Assembly: GCA_964247055.1 (NCBI GenBank) | Contig: OZ176056.1 | Location: 1,302,001-1,366,000, forward strand | From: Paragordius varius | Taxonomy: Eukaryota; Animalia; Nematomorpha | Direction: 5' to 3' | Length of the DNA: 64,000 nt | In this document: positions 52,226 to 64,000 of the stretch, one piece after another | How the letters are laid out: every line of letters starts with the position of its first letter | Numbering within the stretch: the first letter of the stretch is position 1 | Notes under the pieces: model-generated | The model's database searches: none | What the model was told of the DNA's origin: nothing | The model's input: the letters and a program-made list of their open reading frames with translations, nothing else | Made by a program: the position numbers and the translations under genes

Positions 52226-52618
52226 TCATATATTAGATTTCGGATTTTTGAGTCAAAGTTTAACAATAATATTAATCTTTCATAAACTTTTTTAAAAAAT
52301 ATGTTATTTTGGGGTGTTAAATATAAATTTTTGAATTACATTTTCCGGGTATTATTTTTAAAAATTTTTAATTTAGTATTAAATAGTTTTTTTCATAAAT
52401 TTAGTACATTTCCAATTTAATTTCGAATAATTTACAATTTGTTTCGCTTAATTCTTAATTAATTTAGGAATTTGGTTGTTGGCCTTAAAGAGTTATCGAT
52501 TAAGGGTGATTTTAGAACTACTGTTGAATACCTTATAACTTTGTTGGAAACGGAAAGTTTTCAAAAAAATAATTTTGATACCGAATGGTTGGATAAACTT
52601 ATTGCTGAAAAATTTCAA
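48389..52618 (+). pseudogene. ACC: Acetyl-CoA carboxylase 5' fragment, copy B, exons 6-10 absent
   Basis: Exons 48389-48517, 48544-48682, 49341-49631, 50742-51001 and 51423-51533, then 52468-52618 (exon 11). Splicing exon 5 (phase 0) to exon 11 (phase 2) shifts frame to ...CAG GAA TTT GGT TGT TGG CCT TAA. Confidence 0.92.
51948..52194. mobile_element. MITE family A copy embedded between two (TA)n tracts at the ACC deletion junction
   Basis: Left end TACCATTTACAGTTTAAATCCCTTGAACAATTCAAATTCACCC, right end GGGTGAATTTGAATTGTAAATTGTATAT, with (TA)n on both sides. Confidence 0.8.
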
Positions 52619-52995
52619 GTATTATATGTTAATTTATTTTACCTAAGATCAATTTTTAGGATTTTTTTTATTAAATAAAGATTTAAAGTATTAAATATTT
52701 GCTTAATTATATTTAAATTTATGTATTTAAGGCCATTAAATTTATTATAAGTATATATAAAATGGAATTTTATACATTTTCTTACTTTTACTGATTCCTG
52801 AAAACTTCAATTTGTAATTGGAATAAATAGTTTCTCAGTTATCTGATCTTTTAAAAACAATTGAACGCGTCATATAATTTTAAATAAAGCAATAATAATA
52901 TTAAAAAGTTAACGTTTGGTTTTCACAAAATTTTACATCGTTTTTATTGTATAAACGGTTTTAATTAGATTGATGTTTGATTGATTTTAAACAAG

Positions 52996-54089
52996 CTTTG
53001 ATATATGGTGTAGTTAGTCTTAACAATGTGGGACAATATGTTCTTAATCAGGAAGGTAATATACATTAAATTTTGTAATTTTACGCATATTTTTTTAAAA
53101 ACATCTTTTTAACGTTATATATAGATTTGTCAAGATGGGTGGTCAAAATAAAAGGCGTATCCCTGATAAATGGCACAAACGCTGGAAATACAAATTCTTT
53201 AGATTTATTAGTTTTTCTTGCCAACCCCTTAATTAATTATCCTGAAAAAGCAAAAGACATCCGTGGCCTAGAAATTTTTTTGAGCAGCCCGGGGAAAGAT
53301 TTACCTGCTAGAAGAGGATTTATTTCGGTATATCTTTGATAGATTTTTAATAATTTTAAATTATGACAAGCTTTTTTACCCAAAATCTGAAACTATAAAT
53401 ATCTTTGGTTTTAAACGATGAAATATAAGACTTTATGACAATGTATATATGGTTAACAGGATTCATATTTGAATCATTATATAAAGGCAGACGAGTACGT
53501 TTTCTAAAGAGTCGTCTGAATTTATATTATATGATTTTGCCTTTTTCACAGTAAATCATGAAATTATACGGACGAACGTAAAAATATAAAGACAAATATT
53601 TTTTTAAAGTCTGCTGTAATTTATAAAACGTATTTTTAAATATTACTCTTTGTTTTTGAATTTTAAAGTATGAAATAAAAATAATTTGGTTATAGAATTA
53701 ATTATGTTATTTTCCAATTGTAATAAAATAATTTCTGTAAATGGTTTATAGTATGATTATCTTGAAAAAGTATATGTCTTTATATTTTTACTGTAATTTC
53801 AATTTTTACTGTAAAATATTTTGAGAGATGTTCTGTCTGTATAAGCATCAATTTTTACTGTATTAAACAATTTCTCTTATATATATATTCGTACGACCCA
53901 AAAATTTTATGTATTTGTATAAAAACTAATGTGTGCATTTCTTTTTTAGGCCGTTTCTGATAATTATTCCCATATGTTTTGCCCGATACGGAATACGAGA
54001 TTGTGGTTAGACCAATCTTTATAGATCAAGATGCCGCATCCACAGAAGCAAGTTCACATCGTGTTTATGTTCAAACGAATCACTGCTAA
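52996..54089 (+). pseudogene. FN3-like 3' gene fragment, copy B, frameshifted in the last exon
   Basis: Exons 52996-53055, 53125-53327 and 53950-54089. A 4-nt deletion relative to copy A (TATCGCTTCCCATATG vs TATTCCCATATG, ~53965) shifts the frame to an early TAG. Confidence 0.5.
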
Positions 54090-55124
54090 TCATGAAACTA
54101 AATTTCAAAAAAAAAACTATTATATAATTAAAATAAATATGGGTTATCGGGTAAACTAAGATGTGATATGTTTAATTAATACATTTACAGATTAACCTAA
54201 CCTTTTTTAATGATCTATCTATAGTATATTCTGGAAACTACAAATAAATTTTAGTTATTATGGCAAATAGATATAAATATATACACCTAATTGAATGTGT
54301 TGGGGTTTTGTTTGCTTAATATTCTACATTACGCTCTTGTCGATAAAAGATCTCTCTTCGATGATTCAATAATTCACCGTCATCTATTTTATGGACCCCA
54401 GTTTAAATTGAGTATCATTAGGAAGAGTTGTTGTAAACATTAATCAATATCAAATTTAGGAATTTATTATCATTAACCTATGGATAGGAATCTAACTTGA
54501 TTTTACTGTAACGGTCTACACAGATTATCGTATTATTGTGTTTCACATCCACTGATTACCAAAGTCGCCATTTTTCAGTAACAAGATTGATGTTTAAGGT
54601 TGTCTTATACGAGTAAATTGCAAGCAGATTGTGGAGGTCGGTTTATTTTAAAAAAATATGAGACCTGGTTATTTTATAAAAAGTCGATTTTCTTATAAGT
54701 TATTATCTTTAATATTTTCAAATTTTCGCTAATTTTTGTATGAAACTTACAGTAATTTAACTTACACAGACAACATGCAAAAATTAAAAATAACCGTTTC
54801 TTTTTTTTGTTTTTTTATTTAACTCTTTGGGTTGTGAAATGGGGATTAGAGATGTAAATTGGTTAGAGCTTATTTTTATAATTATGAAAATCATAATTTA
54901 TGAATAAGTAGAGTAGTCTTTTAAAAAAATATTTTTCAATTTTTCCATGTTGTGTTTGTAATATTAATACTGAAATAGCTTTTTCTCGTTATTGTACAAA
55001 ATGCTTAAAACATGAGCATATATAATTTAAGCAACAATCATTTTATTAAAGTTAATGTTTTTTAAATAATAACGCACAAATAGAATACATAAACCCTACA
55101 ACCTTTTCTTGTTTTGAAAATCGG

Positions 55125-58100
55125 TGGGTTCGGTGATGAGTGGTGGTAAAAAACAAAAAAACGGTAACCTATTTAGTCCTTTACAGTAAACTCAAGTTAG
55201 CCAAATCTTACAATAAACCGTACGGCAAAATCTGTTTTCAATCAATTCTCAACTCGTTAACAACCAAAACACCGTCTATCTTGTTACTGAATTGGGGCTT
55301 CGGTGATGAGTGGATGTACACAATAATACTTTAATCTGTTTAGTCCTTTAGAGTAAACTCAAGTTAGCCAAGTCTTTACAATAAACCGTCCGGCAAAATC
55401 TGTTTTCAATCAATTCTCAACTCGTTAACAACCAAAACACCGTCTATCTTGTTACTGAATTGGGGCTTCGGTGATGAGTGATTGTACACAATAATACTTT
55501 AATCTGTTTAGTCCTTTACAGTAAACTCAAGTTAGCCAAATCTTGCAATAAACCGTCCGGCAAAATCTGTTTTCAATCAATTCTCAACTCGTTAACAACC
55601 AAAACACCGTCTATCTTGTTACTGAATTGGGGCTTCGGTGATGAGTGGATGTACACAATAATACTTTAATCTGTTTAGTCCTTTAGAGTAAACTCAAGTT
55701 AGCCAAGTCTTTACAATAAACCGTCCGGCAAAATCTGTTTTCAATCAATTCTCAACTCGTTAACAACCAAAACACCGTCTATCTTGTTACTGAATTGGGG
55801 CTTCGGTGATGAGTGGATGTACACAATAATACTTTAATATGTTTAGTCCTTTACAGTAAACTCAAGTTAGCCAAATCTTACAATAAACCGTCCGGCAAAA
55901 TCTGTTTTCAATCAATTCTCAACTTGCTAACAACCAAAACACCGTCCATCTTGTTACTGAATTGGGGCTTCGGTGATGAGTGGATGTACACAATAACACT
56001 TTAATCTGTTTAGTCCTTTACAGTAAACTCAAGTGAGCCAAATCTTACAATAAACCGTCCGGCAAAATCTGTTTTCAATCAATTCTCAACTCGTTAACAA
56101 CCAAAACACCGTCTATCTTGTTACTGAATTGGGGCTTCGGTGATGAGTGGATGTACACAATAATACTTTAATCTGTTTAGTCCTTTACAGAAAACTCAAG
56201 TTAGCCAAATCTTACAATAAACCGTCCGGCAAAATCTGTTTTCAATCAATTCTCAACTCGTTAACAACCAAAACACCGTCTATCTTGTTACTGAATTGTG
56301 GCTTCGGTGATGAGTGTATGTACACAATAATACTTTAATCTGTTTAGTCCTTTACAGTAAACTCAAGTTAGCCAAGTCTTTACAATAAACCGTCCGGCAA
56401 AATCTGTTTTCAATCAATTCTCAACTCGTTAACAACCAAAACACCGTCTATCTTGTTACTGAATTGGGGCTTCGGTGATGAGTGGATGTACACAATAATA
56501 CTTTAATCTGTTTAGTCCTTTACAGTAAACTCAAGTTAGCCAAATCTTACAATAAACCGTCCGGCAAAATCTGTTTTCAATCAATTCTCAACTTGCTAAC
56601 AACCAAACACCGTCCATCTTGTTACTGAATTGGGGCTTCGGTGATGAGTGGATGTACACAATAATACTTTAATCTGTTTAGTCCTTTACAGTAAACTCAA
56701 GTTAGCCAAGTCTTTACAATAAACCGTCCGGCAAAATCTGTTTTCAATTCTCAACTTGTTAACAACTAAAACACCATCTATCTTGTTACTGAATTGGGGC
56801 TTCGGTGATGAGTGGATGTACACAATAATACTTTAATCTGTTTAGTCCTTTACAGTAAACTCAAGTTAGCCAAGTCTTTACAATAAACCGTCCGGCAAAA
56901 TCTGTTTTCAATCAATTCTCAAGTTATTATCAATTAAAACACCATCTATTTTGTTACTGAATTGGGGCTTCGGTGATGAGTGGATGTACACAATAATACT
57001 TTAATCTGTTTAGTCCTTTACAGTAAACTCAAGTTAGCCAAATCTTACAATAAACCGTCCGGCAAAATCTGTTTTCAATCAATTCTCAACTTGTTAACAA
57101 CTAAAACACGATCTATCTTGTTACTGAATTGGGGCTTCGGTGATGAGTGGATGTACACAATAATACTTTAATCTGTTTAGTCCTTTACAGTAAACTCAAG
57201 TTAGCCAAACCTTACAATAAACCGTCCGGCAAAATCTGTTTTCAATCAATTCTCAACTTGCTAACAACCAAAACACCGTCCATCTTGTTACTGAATTGGG
57301 GCTTCGGTGATGAGTGGATGTACACAATAATACTTTAATCTGTTTAGTCCTTTACAGTAAACTCAAGTTAGCCAAGTCTTTACAATAAACCGTCCGGCAA
57401 AATCTGTTTTCAATCAATTCTCAACTCGTTCACAACCAAAACACCGTCTATCTTGTTACTGAATTGGGGCTTCGGTGATGAGTGGATGTACACAATAATA
57501 CTTAAATCTGTTTAGTCCTTTACACTAAACTCAAGTTAGCCAAGTCTTTACAATAAACCGTCCGGCAAAATCTGTTTTCAATCAATTCTCAACTTATTAA
57601 CAATTAAAACACCATCTATCTTGTTACTGAATTGGGGCTTCGGTGATGAGTGGATGTACACAATAATACTTTAATCTGTTTAGTCCTTTACAGTAAACTC
57701 AACTTAGCCAAATCTTACAATAAACCGTCCGGCAAAATCTGTTTTCAATCAATTCTCAACTTGTTAACAACTAAAACACCATCTATCTTGTTACTGAATT
57801 GGGGCTTCGGTGATGAGTGTATGTACACAATAATACTTTAATCTGTTTAATCCTTTACTGTAAACTCAAGTTAGCCAAGTCTTACAACACCCGTCCGGCG
57901 AAATCTGTTTTCAATTCTCAACTTGTTAACAACTAAAACACCGTCTATCTTGTTACTGAATTGGGGCTTCGGTGATGAGTGGATGTACACAATAATACTT
58001 AAATCTGTTTAGTCCTTTACACTAAACTCAAGTTAGCCAAGTCTTTACAATAAACCGTCCGGCAAAATCTGTTTTCAATCAATTCTCAACTTATTAACAA

Positions 58101-61100
58101 TTAAAACACCATCTATCTTGTTACTGAATTGGGGCTTCGGTGATGAGTGGATGTACACAATAATACTTTAATCTGTTTAGTCCTTTACAGTAAACTCAAC
58201 TTAGCCAAATCTTACAATAAACCGTCCGGCAAAATCTGTTTTCAATCAATTCTCAACTTGTTAACAACTAAAACACCATCTATCTTGTTACTGAATTGGG
58301 GCTTCGGTGATGAGTGTATGTACACAATAATACTTTAATCTGTTTAGTCCTTTACAGTAAACTCAAGTTAGCCAAATCTTACAATAAACCGTCCGGCAAA
58401 ATCTGTTTTCAATCAATTCTCAACTTGTTAACAACCAAAACACCGTCTATCTTGTTACTGAATTTGGGCTTCGGTGATGAGTGGATGTACACAATAATAC
58501 TATAAGTAAACTCAAGTTAGCCAAGTCTTACAATAAACCGTCCGGCAAAATCTGTTTACAATCAATTCTCAACTCGTTAACAACCAAAAGACCATCTATC
58601 TTGTTACTGAATGGCGGCTTCGGTGATGAGTGGATGTACACAATAATACTTTAATCTGTTTAGTCCTTTACAGTAAACTCAAGTTAGCCAAGTCTTTACA
58701 ATAAACCGTCCGGCAAAATCTGTTTTCAATCAATTCTCAACTCGTTAACAACCAAAACACCATCTATCTTGTTACTGAATTGGGGCTTCGGTGATGAGTG
58801 GATGTACACAATAATACTTTAATCTGTTTAATCCTTTACTGTAAACTCAAGTTAGCCAAGTCTTACAACACCCGTCCGGCGAAATCTGTTTTCAATTCTC
58901 AACTTGTTAACAACTAAAACACCATCTAGCTTGTTACTGAATTGGGGGTTCGGTGATGAGTGGAGGTACACAATAATACTTTAATCTGTTTAGCCCTTTA
59001 CAGTAAACTCAAGTTAGCCAAATCTTACAATAAACCGTCAGGCAAAATCTGTTTTCAATTAATTCTCAACTCGTTAACAACTAAAACACCATCTATCTTG
59101 TTACTGAATAGGGGCTTCGGTGATGAGTGGATGTAAACAATAATACTTCAATCTGTTTAGTCCTTTACAGTAAACTCAAGTTAGCCAAATCTTACAATAA
59201 ACGGTCCAGCGAAATCTGTTTTCAATTCTCAACTCGCTAACTAAAACACCATCTATCTTGTTAGTGAATAGGGGCTTCGGTGATGAGTGGATGCACAAAA
59301 AAACTTAATCTGTTTAGTCCTTTAGAGTAAACTCAAGTTAGCCAAATCTTACAATAAACCGTCCGGCGAAATCTGTTTTCAATTCTCAACTTGTTAACAA
59401 CTAAAACACCATCTATCTTGTTACTGAATTGGGGGTTCGGTGATGAGTGGATGTACACAATAATACTTTAATCTGTTTAGTCCATTACAGTAAACTCAAG
59501 TTAGCCAAGTCTTTACAATAAACCGTCCGGCAAAATCTGTTTTCAATTAATTCTCAACTCGTTAACAACCAAAACACCATCTATCTTGTTACTGAATTGG
59601 GGCTTCGGTGATGAGTGGATGTACACAATAATACTTTAATCTGTTTAGTCCTTTACTGTAAACTCAAGTTAGCCAAGTCTTACAATAAACCGTCCGGCGA
59701 AATCTGTTTTCAATTCTCAACTTGTTAACAACTAAAACACCATCTATCTTGTTACTGAATTGGGGGTTCGGTGATGAGTGGATGTACACAATAATACTTT
59801 AATCTGTTTAGTCCTTTACAGTAAACTCAAGTTAGCCAAATCTTACAATAAACCGTCAGGCAAAATCTGTTTTCAATTAATTCTCAACTCGTTAACAACT
59901 AAAACACCATCTATCTTGTTACCGAATGGGGGCTTCGGTGATGAGTGGATGTACACAATAATACTTTAATCTGTTTAGTCCTTTACAGTAAACTCAAGTT
60001 AGCCAAGTCTTTACAATAAACCGTCCGGCAAAATCTGTTTACAATCAATTCTCAACTCGTTAACAACCAAAGACCATCTATCTTGTTACTGAATGGCGGC
60101 TTCGGTGATGAGTGGATGTACACAATAATACTTTAATCTGTTTAGCCCTTTACAGTAAACTCAAGTTAGCCAAATCTTACAATAAACCGTCCGGCAAAAT
60201 CTGTTTTCAATCAGTTCTCAACTCGTTAACAACCAAAACACCGTCTATCTTGTTACTGAATTGGGGCTTCGGTGATGAGTGGATGTACACAATAATACTT
60301 TAATCTGTTTAGTCCTTTACAGTAAACTCAAGTTAGCCAAGTCTTTACAATAAACCGTCCGGCAAAATCTGTTTTCAATTCTCAACTTGTTAACAACTAA
60401 AACACCATCTATCTTGTTACTGAATTGGGGCTTCGGTGATGAGTGGATGTACACAATAATACTTTAATCTGTTTAGTCCTTTACAGTAAACTCAAGTTAG
60501 CCAAGTCTTTACAATAAACCGTCCGGCAAAATCTGTTTTCAATCAATTCTCAACTTATTAACAATTAAAACACCATCTATCTTGTTACTGAATTGGGGCT
60601 TCGGTGATGAGTGGATGTACACAATAATACTTTAATCTGTTTAGTCCTTTACAGTAAACTCAAGTTAGCCAAATCTTACAATAAACCGTCCGGCAAAATC
60701 TATTTTCAATCAATTCTCAACTTGTTAACAACTAAAACACGATCTATCTTGTTACTGAATTGGGGCTTCGGTGATGAGTGGATGTACACAATAATACTTT
60801 AATCTGTTTAGTCCTTTACAGTAAACTCAAGTTAGCCAAACCTTACAATAAACCGTCCGGCAAAATCTGTTTTCAATCAATTCTCAACTTGCTAACAACC
60901 AAAACACCGTCCATCTTGTTACTGAATTGGGGCTTCGGTGATGAGTGGATGTACACAATAATACTTTAATCTGTTTAGTCCTTTACAGTAAACTCAAGTT
61001 AGCCAAGTCTTTACAATAAACCGTCCGGCAAAATCTGTTTTCAATCAATTCTCAACTCGTTCACAACCAAAACACCGTCTATCTTGTTACTGAATTGGGG

Positions 61101-64000
61101 CTTCGGTGATGAGTGGATGTACACAATAATACTTTAATCTGTTTAGTCCTTTACACTAAACTCAAGTTAGCCAAGTCTTTACAATAAACCGTCCGGCAAA
61201 ATCTGTTTTCAATCAATTCTCAACTTATTAACAATTAAAACACCATCTATCTTGTTACTGAATTGGGGCTTCGGTGATGAGTGGATGTACACAATAATAC
61301 TTTAATCTGTTTAGTCCTTTACAGTAAACTCAACTTAGCCAAACTTACAATAAACCGTCCGGCAAAATCTGTTTTCAATCAATTCTCAACTTGTTAACAA
61401 CTAAAACACCATCTATCTTGTTACTGAATTGGGGCTTCGGTGATGAGTGTATGTACACAATAATACTTTAATCTGTTTAGTCCTTTACAGTAAACTCAAG
61501 TTAGCCAAATCTTACAATAAACCGTCCGGCAAAATCTGTTTTCAATCAATTCTCAACTTGTTAACAACCAAAACACCGTCTATCTTGTTACTGAATTTGG
61601 GCTTCGGTGATGAGTGGATGTACACAATAATACTATAAGTAAACTCAAGTTAGCCAAGTCTTACAATAAACCGTCCGGCAAAATCTGTTTACAATCAATT
61701 CTCAACTCGTTAACAACCAAAAGACCATCTATCTTGTTACTGAATGGCGGCTTCGGTGATGAGTGGATGTACACAATAATACTTTAATCTTAAAATTTAA
61801 GGATTCCATACGTGAATGAATTAATACTTTAATCTGTTTAGTCCTTTACAGTAAACTCAAGTTAGCCAAGTCTTTACAATAAACCGTCCGGCGAAATCTG
61901 TTTTCAATTCTCAACTTGTTAACAACTAAAACACCATCTATCTTGTTACTGAATTGGGGGTTCGGTGATGAGTGGATGTACACAATAATACTTTAATCTG
62001 TTTAGTCCATTACAGTAAACTCAAGTTAGCCAAGTCTTTACAATAAACCGTCCGGCAAAATCTGTTTTCAATTAATTCTCAACTCGTTAACAACCAAAAC
62101 ACCATCTATCTTGTTACTGAATTGGGGCTTCGGTGATGAGTGGATGTACACAATAATACTTTAATCTGTTTAGTCCTTTACTGTAAACTCAAGTTAGCCA
62201 AGTCTTACAATAAACCGTCCGGCGAAATCTGTTTTCAATTCTCAACTTGTTAACAACTAAAACACCATCTATCTTGTTACTGAATTGGGGGTTCGGTGAT
62301 GAGTGGATGTACACAATAATACTTTAATCTGTTTAGTCCTTTACAGTAAACTCAAGTTAGCCAAATCTTACAATAAACCGTCAGGCAAAATCTGTTTTCA
62401 ATTAATTCTCAACTCGTTAACAACTAAAACACCATCTATCTTGTTACCGAATGGGGGCTTCGGTGATGAGTGGATGTACACAATAATACTTTAATCTGTT
62501 TAGTCCTTTACAGTAAACTCAAGTTAGCCAAGTCTTTACAATAAACCGTCCGGCAAAATCTGTATTCAATCAATTCTCAACAACTAAAACACCATCTATC
62601 TTGTTACTGAATTGGGGCTTCGGTGATGAGTGGTTGTACACAATAATACTATAAGTAAACTCAAGTTAGCCAAATCTTACAATAAACGGTCCGGCGAAAT
62701 CTGTTGTCAATTCTCAACTCGCTAACAACTAAAACACCATCTATCTTGTTAGTGAATTGGGGCTTCGGTGATGAGTGGATGCACAAAATAACTTAATCTG
62801 TTTAGTCCTTTACAGTAAACTCAAGTTAGCCAAATCTTACAATTAACCGTCCGGCGAAATCTGTTTTCAATTCTCAATTTGTTAACAACTAAAACACCAT
62901 CTATCTTGTTACTGAATTGGGGGTTCGGTGATGAGTGGATGTACACAATAATACTTTAATCTGTTTAGTCCTTTACATTAAACTCAAGTTAGCCAAATCT
63001 TACAATAAACCGTCAGGCAAAATCTGTTTTCAATTAATTCTCAACTCGTTAACAACTAAAACACCATCTATCTTGTTACTGAATAGGGGCTTCAGTGATG
63101 AGTGGATGTAAACAATAATACTTCAATCTGTTTAGTCCTTTACAGTAAACTCAAGTTAGCCAAATCTTACAATAAACGGTCCTGCGAAATCTGTTTTCAA
63201 TTCTCAACTCGCTAACAACTAAAACACCATCTATCTTGTTACTGAATTGGGGCTTCGGTGATGAGTGGATGCACAAAATAACTTAATCTGTTTAGTCCTT
63301 TACAGTAAACTCAAGTTAGCCAAATCTTACAATAAACCGTCCGGCGAAATCTGTTTTCAATTCTCAACTTGTTAACAACTAAAACACCATCTATCTTGTT
63401 ACTGAATTGGGGGTTCGGTGATGAGTGGATGTACACAATAATACTTTAATCTGTTTAGTCCTTTACAGTAAACTCAAGTTAGCCAAATCTTACAATAAAC
63501 CGTCCGGCGAAATCTGTTTTCAATTCTCAACTTGTTAACAACTAAAAGACCATCTATCTTGTTACTGAATTGGGGTTTCGGTGATGAGTGGATATACACA
63601 ATAATACTTTAATCTGTTTAGTCCTTTACAGTAAACTCAAGTTAGCCAAGTCTTTACAATAAACCGTCCGGCAAAATCTGTTTTCAATCAATTCTCAACA
63701 ACTAAAACACCATCTATCTTGTTACTGAATTGGGGCTTCGGTGATGAGTGGTTGTACACAATAATACTATAAGTAAACTCAAGTTAGCCAAGTCTTACAA
63801 TAAACCGTCCGGCGAAATCTGTTTTCAATTCTCAACTCCTTAACAGCTAAAACACCATCTATCTTGTTACTGAATTGGGGGTTCGGTGATGAGTGGATGT
63901 ACACAATAATACTTTAATCTGTTTAGTTATTTACAGTAAACTCAAGTTAGCCAATTCTTACAATAAACTGTCCGGCAAAATCTATTTTCAATTAATTCTC
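55125..64000 (+). repeat. 167-168 bp tandem satellite array 2 (at least ~53 monomers, continues past the window end)
   Basis: Same monomer as array 1, with array-specific variants (CTCAACTTGTT, AACTAAAACACCA, 4-nt deletion giving TTTTCAATTCTC). Confidence 0.97.

Larger units (their letters stand above)
41378..64000 (+). repeat. Large tandem/segmental duplication unit, copy B (runs off the window end)
   Basis: Colinear with 428-29160 except that it lacks the LINE, the intron-2 MITE and ACC exons 6-10. Confidence 0.9.

Overview
Very AT-rich, intron-containing eukaryotic DNA. The ACC motifs are animal-type. The window holds parts of two copies of a large tandem unit, about 36-41 kb apart: copy A at ~428-29160 and copy B at ~41378 to the window end. 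Each unit has four parts in the same order on the + strand. (1) A candidate gene built almost entirely from tiny symmetric phase-1 micro-exons (6-48 nt, all multiples of 3) ending in a terminal exon with TAA. (2) A 5' fragment of acetyl-CoA carboxylase covering only the biotin-carboxylase domain; copy A has 11 exons and a late nonsense codon, and copy B lacks exons 6-10. (3) Three exons of an unrelated, FN3-like C-terminal gene fragment. (4) A long array of a 167-168 bp satellite. A decayed RTE-type LINE fragment with its target-site duplication is present in copy A only. Several MITE families and (TA)n tracts are scattered throughout. The most interesting signals are the schistosome-MEG-like micro-exon architecture, a 25/26-nt obligatory intron in ACC, and the mosaic divergence between the two ACC fragments. 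All exon calls are manual, without transcript data.
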